A DNA stretch of 64,000 bases, taken from contig CM075995.1 of assembly GCA_038087875.1 (NCBI GenBank), forward strand, positions 3,908,001-3,972,000, read 5' to 3'. Both the position numbers and the translations under genes were made by a program. Position 1 is the stretch's first letter, and each line of letters starts with the position of its first letter. Below are positions 10,890 to 22,693 of the stretch, one piece after another. Under the pieces are notes generated by a model, which was given only the letters and a program-made list of their open reading frames with translations, had not been told where the DNA came from and searched no databases. Source of the stretch: Malacoraja senta. Taxonomy: Eukaryota.

Positions 10890-12854
10890 GGGGGCTTGGT
10901 CTGGTAAGAAACACAACAAATATTTCACACTCACAAATAGGGGGAAGGTTACGATTCTTCCTAAAAGAATGGCAATCAATAACAAATGATTCATTTATTC
11001 TATGTAGCATTGTAGGATTCAAAATTGAGTTCTCTCCACGTTTGGATCCTCCAATTCAGCATAATTCAAACTGGTCACGGATTTTCTCAAAGGAAGAGAA
11101 TGGGTTGATCAAAGGAGAATTGAAAAACTTTATGCAGAAAAGGATGATATAAATGTCAGGAGAACAACACCATCAGTTTGTGTCAAATATTCTCCTAGGA
11201 ATATTCTCCTAGAAAAGGGATAGTGGATATAGAATCATTTCCGATCTGACAAATCTTAACCTTTATGTACAATAGAAACATTTCAAAATGGAAACATTTA
11301 CTAATGCCATTTAGCTAGTCACAAAGAATTGCTATAAGGCAAGCATAGATCTGCAAAATGCATATTATTCTGCTTGGTCTGATTTCAGCACCAAGATTAT
11401 TCACTAAATTGCTCAAACCAAATTTTAGCTCTGTTAAGACCTGAGGGCCATGTATTAATGGCTTATTTAGATGATATCCTCATTGTAGGGGACACTTTGG
11501 CTGCTGCAAAATTGTCAGTATCCAGTCAAATACATTTTGAGAAATTAGGTTTCATTATTCACCTACAAAAATCTAAATTGTTACCAAGCAAAAAGATTGA
11601 TTACCTAGGGTTCACAATTAACTCCGAACACATGGTAATCACTTTGCCAAAAGATAAAAAGCTGCAGTTAATTGAAGGTTGCATAAAACTCATTAACAAG
11701 GACACACCTTCAATTAGAGAAGTGGCAAGTTTGCTAGGCAAATTAATTGCAGGGTTTCCAGCGGTCACGTTTGGACCATTGCATTATCAATGTTTACAGA
11801 GAGCTAAGGTACAAGCATTGAAAATGAATAGAGGGCATTTTGATAGGCCCATGAAATTAACAATTCAATCCATTACAGAAATAGAATGGTGGATTAATGG
11901 TCTGAAGAAGGGTTTCGGCCCGAAACGTTACCTATTTCCTTCGCTCCATAGATGCTGCTGCACCCGCTGAGTTTCTCCAGCATTTTTGTGTACCTGGTGG
12001 ATTAACAATGTTTCTAATGCTTCCAGAAAAGTTCTGGTAGAAACACCTTCCGTCACTCTACAGACTGATGTAAGTGTGCTGAGTTGGGGCGCTACTAACA
12101 TGATTTCCAGCTGTGGAGGTAGGTGGAATGTGAATGAAGTGCCTTTGCTGGAAAATCTGGGAATCAATTATCTAGAGCTATTAGGCGCATTTTACGGCCT
12201 TAGAGCTTATTGCACTGATATGGGAAATGTGCATGTTCAGGTACAGGTTGACAATACTACAGCTGTAGCATACATAAATCACATGGGTGGTATAAAATCA
12301 GAATCATGTGATAAATTGGCAAATGAAATTTGGACCTGGGGTATTGCCAGAAAAATTTGGCTGTCAGCAATATATTTACCAGGTAAAAATTAATACAATT
12401 GCAGACAAAAGATCACGTAAATTTAATGATAATACAGAATGGATGTTAAATCGGAAAATATTCACACAAATTATCACACAATTTGGAATGCCAGAAATTG
12501 ATCTGTTTGCATCAAGATTGAACCACCAGTTGACTAAGTATGTGTCATGGGAACCTGATCCTGGAGCAGTAGTGGTGGATGCTTTCTCGCTACATTGGGG
12601 TGGTATGTTTCTGTATGCTTTTCCACCATTTTGTTTAATCCACAAATGCATACAGAAAATTAAACAAGATTCAAGCCTCAGGGATTTTGGTAGTACCAGA
12701 TTGGCCTACACAGGTATGATACCCACTGGTGTTAAAAATGATCAAAAACCCCCTTATGGTTATTCCAAAGCAGATTGAACTGCTTGTACACCCTGTGACT
12801 AATGAATCACATCCTTTACATAATCGTATTGGTTTGTTGATTTGCAGATTCTAA
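10890..12854 (+). pseudogene. DIRS pol remnant: reverse transcriptase, RNase H, Dam-like methyltransferase domain
   Basis: IGGRLRFFLKEW; AYLDDILIV; YLGFTINS; INYLELLGA; DNTTAVAYINHMGG; IDLFASRLN..DAFSLHW..YAFPPF. Several stops and frameshifts. Confidence 0.93.
11898..11994 (+). mobile_element. 97-bp Penelope-derived mini-element with hammerhead-like core, inserted in DIRS pol
   Basis: TSD TGGTGGATTAA (11887-11897 / 11995-12005); CTGAAGA-A-GGGT(TTCG)GCCC-GAAA-CGTT. Confidence 0.8.
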
Positions 12855-12859
12855 GAAGG

Positions 12860-13826
12860 CATATCTTGGAAAAGGATTATCAGACCGTACGGTGGATGCT
12901 ATGACAGCAGCCTGGAGGAATAGTACCCAGAAGCAGTACATTTCCTATTTAAAGAAATGGGAGGTGTTTTGTTCAGGAAAGAATATTGCATATAACACAG
13001 TAGAAATTTCAGATGTAATAGAGTTTCTTTCAACTCTACACTATGAATTGAAATTAAGTTGTAGTGCAATTAATACTGCACAAAGTGCACTCTCTGCATA
13101 TTTAAGCAGTGAATCAGAACAAACTCCAATTGGAGAACATCCATGGGTCTGTAGGTTTATGAAAGGAATTTTAATCCTCCCAGACCCAGGTATACAGAAA
13201 TTTGGAATGTAAAAGATGTACTGATGTTCCTAAGGAGTTGGAATCCAGTTGAAACCCTGTCATTATCCAAAATTACCATGAAATTGGTTATGCTCATGGC
13301 ATTAGTTTCAGCGCAGAGAGTTCAAACATTACAGAAACTCAGAATTGATAGAATGAAAGTAGGGCAAAATGCCGTGACATTCTATGTCTATGATTTACTG
13401 AAGCAAAGTAGACCTGGGTCCACAGGATGCAAGTTGGAATTTTTAGCATTACCTACAGATTCACGACTGTGTGTTGTAACATATGTGAAATGTTACATAG
13501 AAACAACAAAAGTTTTAAGAGGCGCCGAATTGGCATTTTTTATTAGTCATAAAAAGCCTCATAAGAAAGTATCAACACAAACAATTTCACGATGGTTGAA
13601 ACAGGTGTTGATTTATTCAGGTATTGATACTGATAAATTTAAATCTCATTCCACGAGGGCGGCATCAACATCAGCGGCCAGGGATTCAGCTTGCCAATAG
13701 ACCTTATTCTCGCGGCCGCAGGATGGGCAAGTGAACAGATGTTTCACAAGTATTACCACAAGGAGATTAAAGATCTCAGAGGGTTTGGTGATGCCGTGCT
13801 GGATACAGTATTAAATCCCCCATTAT
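12860..13826 (+). pseudogene. DIRS tyrosine recombinase remnant
   Basis: ORFs 12892-13212 and 13224-13700: AWRNSTQKQY, LVSAQRV, TISRWLK, SHSTRAASTS; AAGW..F.KYY follows in a shifted frame. Confidence 0.92.
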
Positions 13827-14636
13827 AAATGGGCCTAATTTTAGTTATTTTTATTAAAATAAATAAAACCATTAACTGATTACATTCAAATGTTGTGGTT
13901 ATGCATTGTTGATTGTGCTTACTCAAATAGAGTCAATCGATGCAGTGAACACCTGGATTTGAATCCACGGTGTGAAATCACAGAGCTTTGAAATCTTCAC
14001 GTAGTCACTCACGTGACTCCGAAGTAAAATAGTAAGATTAAACGAGAACTTACCAAGTTTGAAGTTTGATCTTTATTTTATGAGGAGTAACGTTGAGGGA
14101 TTACGTGCCCTCCGCTCCCACCCTCATAAAAAGATCAAGCTGGTAGTTCTAAGTCTTTATGCATCTTACTATCATACTTCAGTAATTATCGTCTGTGATT
14201 GTCACTCCGCTGCTTTGAAAGATTGACGCGTGTGCGGCTGGACGGGGCTTCTTCACGTAATCCCTCAACGTTACTTCTCATAAAATAAAGATCAAACTTC
14301 AAACTTGGTAAGTTCTCGTTTAATCTTACTATTAAAAGTCTAATCGTGACCACTTCCTGTTTGCGCTTTATATTGATTTTAGAAAAAAACGCTACCACAT
14401 ATAACTGTGATTTTTGGTCATCTTACTCAGAGTCCCCCTCCGCTCATCAGGTGCCGAGGATTTTTGCCATTGATGAAAAATAAAAGAGTTATTAGTGTTT
14501 AAAAAATGTTGAGATTTTCTCTTCTGTCAATCACGCCATGAAGGCCATGCCCCTTCTGGTGGGAGGGGGGAGGGACTATAAAACCCAGAAGTGGCTCAGT
14601 CTCTGCAAGATGGAGAGGTCACGACTTGCTGTCTTT

Positions 14637-14760
14637 AGTGGCCTTGCACCCTGCTTGAAATGGTACGAAACTGCACTTGAATTTGGTGGCCTTGCACCCT
14701 GCTTGAAGTGGTAAGAAACTACACTTGAATTTGGTGGCCTTGCACCCTGCTTGAAATGGA
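14637..14760. repeat. 48-bp tandem repeat (about 2.6 copies) within the Helitron
   Basis: GTGGCCTTGCACCCTGCTTGAA..ACTTGAATTTG; 16-aa periodicity in ORF 14576-14857. Confidence 0.85.
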
Positions 14761-15459
14761 ATTTCAAGGAATAGCCATGAGTCAACTGCCAGCCCACCAG
14801 CCATGAGTGAGTGAGCTGCCAGCACAACAGGCTTGAGTGACTGAGCCGCAAGCCCAAGAATCCACAATGTCCATACTAGCCCTCTGGAAACCAGTCCCTT
14901 CAGCCACAACATCCATACTAGCGATCCAGAAAGCCCCCCCCCCCCCACTGGCCACCAATATTGGAATTGGTGGAGAGGTGGAATATTGCATTGGGGGACC
15001 AGCCCTCCCATGTGATGCTGGGACCCAACGAGTCCCACTTAGTCTAGTATTTAATTATATTTTTTGTGTTTGTCAGGAGTCAAGTGTGTTTAATTGTTAA
15101 ATGCACCTGGCCTGGAACAATGACATTTTTAAGATAGAAACAAAAAGCTGGACTAACTCAGCGGGTCAGGCAGCATCTCTGGAGAAAAGGAATAGGTGCC
15201 ATTTCGAGTCAAAACACTTTTTCAGAGATGCCTCAGCTTGACAGCCACTTAAAATGAAGCAATACAATAAATAGTTGATTAGTATGGGTGCCAGGGTTTA
15301 TGGGAAAAGGCAGGAGAATGGGGTTAGGAGGGAGAGATAGATCAGCCATGATTGAATGGTGGAGTAGACGATGGTCCGAATGGCCTAATTCCGCTCCTAT
15401 CACTTATGATCTTATTATCTTCTGAAATACATGTATAATAAATAATCACATACTAGGTA

Positions 15460-16015
15460 TTGTTTAAGAAAGAACTGCAGATGCTGGAAAAATCGAAGGT
15501 AGACAAAAATGCTGGAGAAACTCAACGGGTGAGGCAGCATCTATGGAGCGAAGGAATAGGTGACTGATGTGCGGGGGGGGAGTAAGGAAGATGCGGAGAC
15601 AGTAGGCTGTGGGAGAGCTGGGAAGGGGAGGGGAAGGAGGGAGAAAGCAAGGACTACCTGAAAATGGAGAAGTCAATGTTCATACCGCTGGGGTGTAAAG
15701 TACCCATGCGAAATATGAGGTGCGGCTCCTCCAATTTGCGGTGGACTCACTCTGGCCATGGAGGAGACCCAGGACAGAAAGGTCGGATTCAGAATGGGAG
15801 GGGGAGTTGAAGTGCTGAGCCACCGGGAGATCAGGTTGGTTAATGCGAACTGAGCGGAGGTGTTGGGCGAAGGTGTTGGGCGAAGCGATCGCCAAGCCTG
15901 CGCTTGGTCTCACCGATGTGTTGACACCTAGAACAGCAGATGCAATAGATGAGATTGGAGGAGGTGCAGGTGAACCTCTGCCTCACCTGGAAAGACTGCT
16001 TGGGTCCTTGAATGG
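15460..16015 (-). mobile_element. Penelope-like element 3' remnant (GIY-YIG + pLTR)
   Basis: FAQHLRSVRINQPDLPVAQHFNSPSHSESDLSVLGLLH in ORF 15680-15913. Confidence 0.85.
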
Positions 16016-17194
16016 AAACAGATGTCTGAGTTTATAGTATGTGCTGTGATGCGGCTGCAAGGAAGATTTTCATTGCACCTGTACCGTCCGTACAATAAAC
16101 CTGACTTGACGACATACGCTAAAGAGTACGTGGTATCCAGAGGCCTTATGTTCTCAAAGGGGCAAACGTCAAAGTGCAGCAAAGACCAAAGATCTCACAC
16201 TTCTATAACACCAGTCAGTCTACAGCAGCAGTTATATTCTCTCCTGTACAGTGGAGAATAGGAAGGTGTGAAAAGCAGTGAACTACAACAACACAGGCTT
16301 CCTCCATTTACAAGATCTCACATTATATTGCCCTCAGTGCCACGGCTTATTTCAGTTTCAACACAATCGTTATTTTGATATCTTCTGAAGATGCTGGGTT
16401 CAAATTTCTATCGGACTAAATCTGCTGCTTCTTGCAGGCATGTTCTAGGTCAGCTCACCCCATGGGACAGTCAGATTCTGATGGACCAGAATTAATTCAT
16501 TCTGCCACATGCAACGCACAAAACAAAAATCATTTGATTTCTCGGAATAATTACTCTTCCTTTATTCCCTTCCCAATCACCAATTTTCCGTGACAATTTT
16601 TCTGAAGTCAAGAGAGCACAATTATTATATGCACCAAAAACAGACCAATACGATTCTTACTTGCTGCAGCTGAACAGGCTCATAAACAAAGTATTTGGTG
16701 CTTCAAGTGACCCTTGCTTTCCCTCTCTCCCCATCTCTCCCCCTTCCTAGTTCTCCAACTAGTCTGACTGTCCCCTTGATTACATTTTATCTCTCTATGC
16801 TTCATTGTCATCTTCTCCTAGCTAACAATCATCTATTCTACCTTTTCCTTGATCTCCATCCCCTTTGATGTCTCGCTCTCAAACCTTGCCCTTCCTTATC
16901 TCTGTCTCCCCCTCCCAACTCTCAGTCTGAAGAAGTGTCTCGACCCGAAACATCACCCATTCCTTCTCTCCAGAGATGCTGCCTGATCCACTGAGTTACT
17001 CCAGCATTTTGTGTCTTTCTTCGGTGTAAACCAGCATCTGCAGTTCCCGCCAACATAATAATTGGTATATTTTATAATGTATAATAATCAGAAATATAAT
17101 ACATTAATAATTGTATCACTAGTCAAATATAATAGTGCAAACGAAAAAACAAAGACACAGTCCATAGACGATAATTGTTGCTGAAGCTACATAT

Positions 17195-17472
17195 ATCATA
17201 GAGTCATAGAGTGATGGAAACAGGCCCTTTGACCCAACTTGCCCACAACTTACCTGGCTAACTGTTTCTTAAACTATGGGATAGTCCCAGCCTCAACTAC
17301 CTCCTCTGGCAGCATTTTCCAAACACCCACCACCCTTTGGGTGAAAAAGTTACCCCTCAGATTTCTATTAAATCTTTTCCCCTTCACCTTGAACCTATGT
17401 CCTCAGTCCTCAATTCCCCCACTCTGGGCAAGAGATGCTATGCATCTACCCGATCTATTCCTCTCATGATTT
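17195..17472 (-). mobile_element. CR1 LINE 3' fragment
   Basis: Homologous to 30188-30580; (CTATGACT)-type tail. Confidence 0.8.
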
Positions 17473-17477
17473 TATGT

Positions 17478-18150
17478 GTATTGTTCAGCAGCCTGATAAT
17501 TGCTGGGAAAAAACTGTTCTTCTTTCTTAGGTTTCTTGGCGGCCACTGTTTTCAGGCCCCTGTGCCTTCTTCCCAAATGGTGGTAACAAACGGCCAGGGT
17601 GTGTGGGTCTTCAATGATACTGGCTATCTTTTTAAGGCAGTGCCTCCTGTAGACCTCTTTGATGATGGGGAGTTGAGTATCTGTGATGGACCAGGCAGTG
17701 TCTACCTCTGCCGTCTTCTACATCCCTGGGTGTTCGAGTAGCCAAACCAGGCCATGGTGCAACCGGTCAGAATGCTCCCCATGTTCAACTTGAGTATTCA
17801 CCGACATACCGAAACTCCTCAATTTTCTAAGGAAGAAGAGGTGTGGAGAGCTTTCTTGGATGTCTCCATTTAATCTCAAAAATAATAAATCGTGTTGAGA
17901 GTCCAAACACATTTGTTGCTGGTCTCAGAATAAAGCATCGTCATTTAGGCGAGAATTAAGTGTTCCTCTACTTTAGTTAAGTTTAGTTTTAGTTTAGAGA
18001 TACAGCGCGGGAACAGGCCCTTCAACCCACCGGGTCCACGCTGACCAGCGATCCCAAGATGTCCAGGAACTTAAAGCTGTTGACCCCCTCCACTGCTATA
18101 CCATCAATGAACATAGGTTTGTGAATCCTCAACTTTCCCCATCTAAAGTG
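17478..18150 (-). mobile_element. Rex1/Babar LINE fragment, interrupted at about 17860-18056
   Basis: HKPMFIDGIAVEGVNSFKFL (18056-18140) and HLFFLRKLRSFG (17800-17850). Confidence 0.75.
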
Positions 18151-19969
18151 CTCTGACAAAACTGCTAAAGTGCTCTCTAAAACTGACAAAGGGGATGCCG
18201 GTGCTGCTTTGGCCTGCACTCCAGCACAGACATTCCTTTGTTAGCTCCAGTCAATAGACAATAGACAATAGACAAAGGAGTAGGCCATTCGGCCCTTCGG
18301 GCCAGCACCGCCATTCACTGTGATCATGGCTGATCATCCACAATCAGAGTCCTTCACCTTTCTACATCTTATACCACTCTTCAAGCTAAACTAGTTTTCC
18401 AGTCCCCAGTATGAAACATCAACTATGTTTCTGTCCCTAAACATGCTTCTCGCCTGGTGGGTACTCCTAGCTTTCTCTGTTTTCGCTTTGACTGGGGAGG
18501 TAGACACAACATGCTGGAGTAACGCAGCAGGTCAGGCAGCATCTCCAGAGAAAAGGGATTGGTGACATTTCGGGTCAAGACCCCTTCACTGGGAATGGGG
18601 AGGATAAAGAATGGACTTCCTTATCTATGTATCTCCCTCTCACCTGACATCAGTCTGAAGAAGGGTCTCGACCCGAAACGCCACACATTCCTTTTCTCCA
18701 GAGATGCTGCCTGCCCCGCTGAGTTACTCAGCATTTTGTGTTTATCCTGAGAATAGGGAGGTATTTATTTGCTGCCATTTCAATGAGCATTCAAATTCTC
18801 TATACATTGCCCATTAGTTTTAATGCCAGAAAATATGATTAACACAATTCAGCATGAATTCCTCTTTGATAACCATGGGCGCCTCTAGATACACTAAATT
18901 ATGACAATGTTCTCATTTTAATATGACTGTATCATTAAAGGATTAATGTATCAATTAAAACCTAACAAAGTACATGTGGGTTGGTATTATAAGAGGCAGC
19001 AACACAGCATCAACTATTGGTTTAAGAGACAATCCAAGCTTTCATCTGAAAAAGGGGATGAAAGAGAATGGCATTTGCACACTCTTTCTTTGTCCCTATT
19101 AAGAATACGATTGCTGAGAGATTGGAAAACTTTTCATTTCTGGCACCCAGTGCCAACATTATGCAGCTGTGTGTAAGATTAAGCAGTGGGGAAATTAAAG
19201 TATAGGTGCCTTAATTTTGCCTCAGTCCGAACAGAGCAGCCAACAAATGTTACCATAAATATGCAGAAAGAAACAGATATATATCGAGTTACCTAAAGAT
19301 TAACCTGATCCTACATTAACCAGAACTCTTCACTATCGCCTTTGCATTAACCAAAAGCAAACCAATGGTGTTAGCATAGATAGGGATCAGGATTGGCATG
19401 GACGAGTTATTGAGTCACAGAGTGATACAGCATGGAAATAGGCCCTTCAGCCCAACTTGCCCACACCGATCAACTTGTCCCAATTACACAAGTCCCACCG
19501 AGATTTTCAGTTTCCTCCCACACTCCAAAGATGTACAGGAATGTAGGTAAATTGGCTTGGTAAATGTAAAAATTGTCCCTCGTGTGTGTAGGATAGCGTT
19601 AATGTGCGGGGATCAGCTGGACCCGGTGGGCCGAGGGGCCGAGGGGCCAGGAAATGGGACTAGCTCAGTTTTCCAGTTTTTCCAGCATGGGCAAGGTGGG
19701 CTGAAGGACCTGTTTCCATGCTGCAAAGCTCCATGACTCTGACTCTATAACTATCTGAATGACTTAGAGGTTGTTGGGTAAATTGCCAACTATGTTGCCC
19801 CTGGTGTGTAGGTGGGTGGTAGAATCTTAAGGGTAACTGATTGGAATGTGGCAAGCATAAAATGGGATGGTTGTGAATGGCATTGCAGGTTGATGCGGAC
19901 TCAGTGGATTAAAGGACCTGGTTCAATGTTTTATGACTCTACGGCTCAATAACGAGAAAGCTTTAGAGT

Positions 19970-20298
19970 AGGTGGCACGGTGGTGCAGCGGTAGAGTTGC
20001 TGCTTTACTGCGTTTGCAGTGCCAGAGACCCCGGTTGGATCCCGACCATGGGTGCTGTCTGTACGGAGTTTGTACGTTCTCCCCGTGACCGCGTGGGCTT
20101 TTTCCGAGATCTTCGGTTCCTCCCACATTCCAAAGACGTACAGGCATGTAGGTAAATTGGCTTGGTAAATGTGAAAAAAATTGTCCCCAGTGTGTGTAGG
20201 ATAGTGTTAATGTGCGGGGATCGCTGGTCGGCGCGGACCCGGTGGGCCGAAGGGCCTGTTTCCGTGCTGTATCTCTAAACTAAAACTAAACTAAACTA
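19970..20298 (+). mobile_element. tRNA-derived V-SINE, full length
   Basis: A/B-box head, V-domain GGAGTTTGTACGTTCTCCCCGTGACC, tail GGGCCGAAGGGCCTGTTTCC..(CTAAA)n. Confidence 0.92.
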
Positions 20299-20885
20299 AT
20301 CTAGAGGAACACGCCTAAATGACAAATTCTTTATTCTGAGACCAGCAACAAATGTGTTTGGACTCTCAACACAATTTTTTATTTTTGGAGTTTAAAGCAA
20401 TCTAACAATCAACAGCAGCACTTGCAGAACATTACTAAAAATTATATTACATTATATTTGTCAAGAAGTGGAAATATAATAGCTTTGGATTTTTTTTTGA
20501 TTAGTGAGAATAATGATTTATACAGCAATTTGCCAAAGGATGCTCCATTATTACACTCAATCAGTGGCATCGAAATTTTGTTTCTATTTAATTAAGACTT
20601 AAATTTAGCTTTAAAGCATTCAAAATCTTATCTGCACATGACATCTTCGGATATTTTACTTCTGCTAAGCCAGATAGATCCAAGGAGTTGTGGTAGGTGG
20701 TGAAGACACAGTTAGATCCCACAGAGACCATTGTGATAAAGCCCACCATCTGCTTCACTGATGGTGCCTGAGGGATAAAGGTTAGCCAGGATATCTCCTG
20801 CTTATCTTCTGAAATAGTGCCATGTGGGTTTTTACATCCACCTGGTATGGTATGGTACTTTATGGTATGGTACTGTATTTGCCAT

Positions 20886-21376
20886 GGGTGACGTTTCGTG
20901 TCGAGACTCTTCTTCAGTCTGAAAGAAGGGTCTGACCTGAAACGTCACCCATTCCTTCTCTCCAGAAATGCTGCCGGTCCCGCTGAGTTACTCCATCATT
21001 TTGTGTCTATCTTCAATTTTTTGCCCCGCTCTGGGGTAGAAGTGGGGGCGGACCAGACCGCAACGGCCGTGAGCCCCAGCCGAGCTCGGCGATCGTTTGC
21101 CTGCTTCTGCTGCTGTTGGAGTTGAGACGTTGCGTCGCGCCAGGGTCTTGGGCCTGTCCCACTTTGGCCGTCAGTTACGCGACAGGCCGGTGGCGCGTGA
21201 AGATTTTGTTCGCTACAAAAATTTCGGAGCCCCGCGCGATGTTGCGCACAACTACATACCCCTCCGCGCTTCTCAGTGGGACCGGCCACGCGCGGCCACA
21301 CGATGCCCATGCGCTTCAAGGTGACGACGAGGTCACGTAATTTGCGTGCCAAGGACATGTAAGTGGGACAGGCCCT
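20886..21376. mobile_element. Harbinger-type MITE half with embedded palindromic Penelope-derived insert
   Basis: Right TIR ...AAGTGGGACAGGCCCT|TAA; inverted homologue of 22694-23160. Confidence 0.75.
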
Positions 21377-21994
21377 TAACTCAGCGGGACAAGCAGCATC
21401 TCTGGAGAGAAGGAATGGGTGATGTTTTGGGTCAAGACCCTTCTTCAGACAGAAGAAGGGTTTTCCTTCGTCTGGCACATCCCTGGAGCCTTCTGCTGCC
21501 ACAAGGTGCATCCCGGGAGCCAAATGATCGACTCGTAATGCCTCTCATAGGACAGCGAGAAATGGTTTGGTTGGCTCCAGTAGGAAGAAACCCATGACTA
21601 TTTGACACCAAAGTAACCATGGAAGACGTAGAAACAAGGAACTGCAGGTGCTGATTCGCCAAGGAAAGACACAAACTACTGGAGTAATTCAGTGGGTCTG
21701 GCAGCATCCATGGAGACTATGGATAGGTGACGTTTCAGGTCAGGACCCTTCTTCAGAACTACGGAAGACATTGTGTAAGTATAAAAGATAAGGCACGCTT
21801 TAAAATACCTTCAATTTGCTGGTTTTTTCTTGCATTGATGAGAGAAGGACTGGGCTTAGAAGGGATCTGGAGAGCTGAAAGGTCAGTCAAATCCAATAAA
21901 GAAAGAAGCATAAAGAGAGGGAAGTAATAAAATCAAATTAAGAGAGACAGAATATAGGCAGAAATGAAATTTCAAAGATAAAACCATCCCAAAT

Positions 21995-22290
21995 TTGCGC
22001 AGTGGCGCAGCAGTAGAGTTGCTGCCAGAGACCGGGTCGATCCTGACTACGGGTGCTGTCTGTTTGGAGTTTGTACGTTCTTCGCGTGACTTGCGTGGGT
22101 TTTCTCCCGGTGCTCCGGTTTCCTCCCACATTCCAAAGACGTGCAGGTTTGTCAGCTAATTGGGTAAAATTGTAAAATTGTCCATAGTGTGTGCAGGATG
22201 GTGTTAGTGCGCAGGGATCACTGCTCGCCGCGGACTCGATGGGCCGACGGGCCTGTTTCCACGCCACATCTCTAAACTCAAGTAAACCAA
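21995..22290 (+). mobile_element. tRNA-derived V-SINE
   Basis: Same head, V-domain and tail as 19970. Confidence 0.85.
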
Positions 22291-22693
22291 AGAGCTGCTG
22301 GAATTGGACTGCATGGATAAAATGGGCATCAGAAGAGCATAAATCTCCTCATTAAAAGGGCATTTATGCTGTTAAGTACTCTCAGTAACTTTCTGTGGTG
22401 AGTTTAATGGGCCATGATTGCACAAATGCAGTAATTCCATGTTGTGCACAGGGAAATTAAGGGCAGGCTGCCATTTTTGCAAGGCTGATGGTGGTGTGGT
22501 AGAAATCATTCAACAACCTGCAGGGAATCGCAATCCACAAGCAAAATCTTCCGGACCACGCACTGCTCACACATTTCCATTTTAATAGCCACGGGCATAT
22601 TACAGTCGTCTTATTTTGGTGGCTAAACCTGTGCCACTTTGGTCTGGTTCATCTGAACCATTTGAGTGCATTATGTCCTGGCTCAGAGGCTAA

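Larger units (their letters stand above)
9805..14331 (+). mobile_element. DIRS1-like tyrosine-recombinase retrotransposon, near full length, frameshifted (copy B)
   Basis: ITR 9833-9866 vs 14224-14257; ICR 13995-14107 complementary to both ends; gag-like, RT, RH, MT, YR order. Contains a 200-N gap. Confidence 0.95.
9056..15047 (+). mobile_element. Composite non-autonomous Helitron with two 5' ends, interrupted by DIRS copy B
   Basis: A|TCTATATTACTAAAA start at 9056; second start TCTATATAAT..TAAAAG at 9796 continuing at 14332; 3' hairpin TGGGAC-CCAACGA-GTCCCA (15019-15037) then CTAG|T at 15047. No TSD; inserted between A and T. Confidence 0.85.

Noticed and set aside
12308..12778. Dam-like methyltransferase as a prokaryotic R-M gene or HGT
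   Set aside because: It is the standard MT domain of DIRS pol and is frameshifted here.
19970..20050. tRNA genes at SINE heads
   Set aside because: A/B-box heads run into the V-domain and LINE tail; they are SINEs, not tRNA genes.
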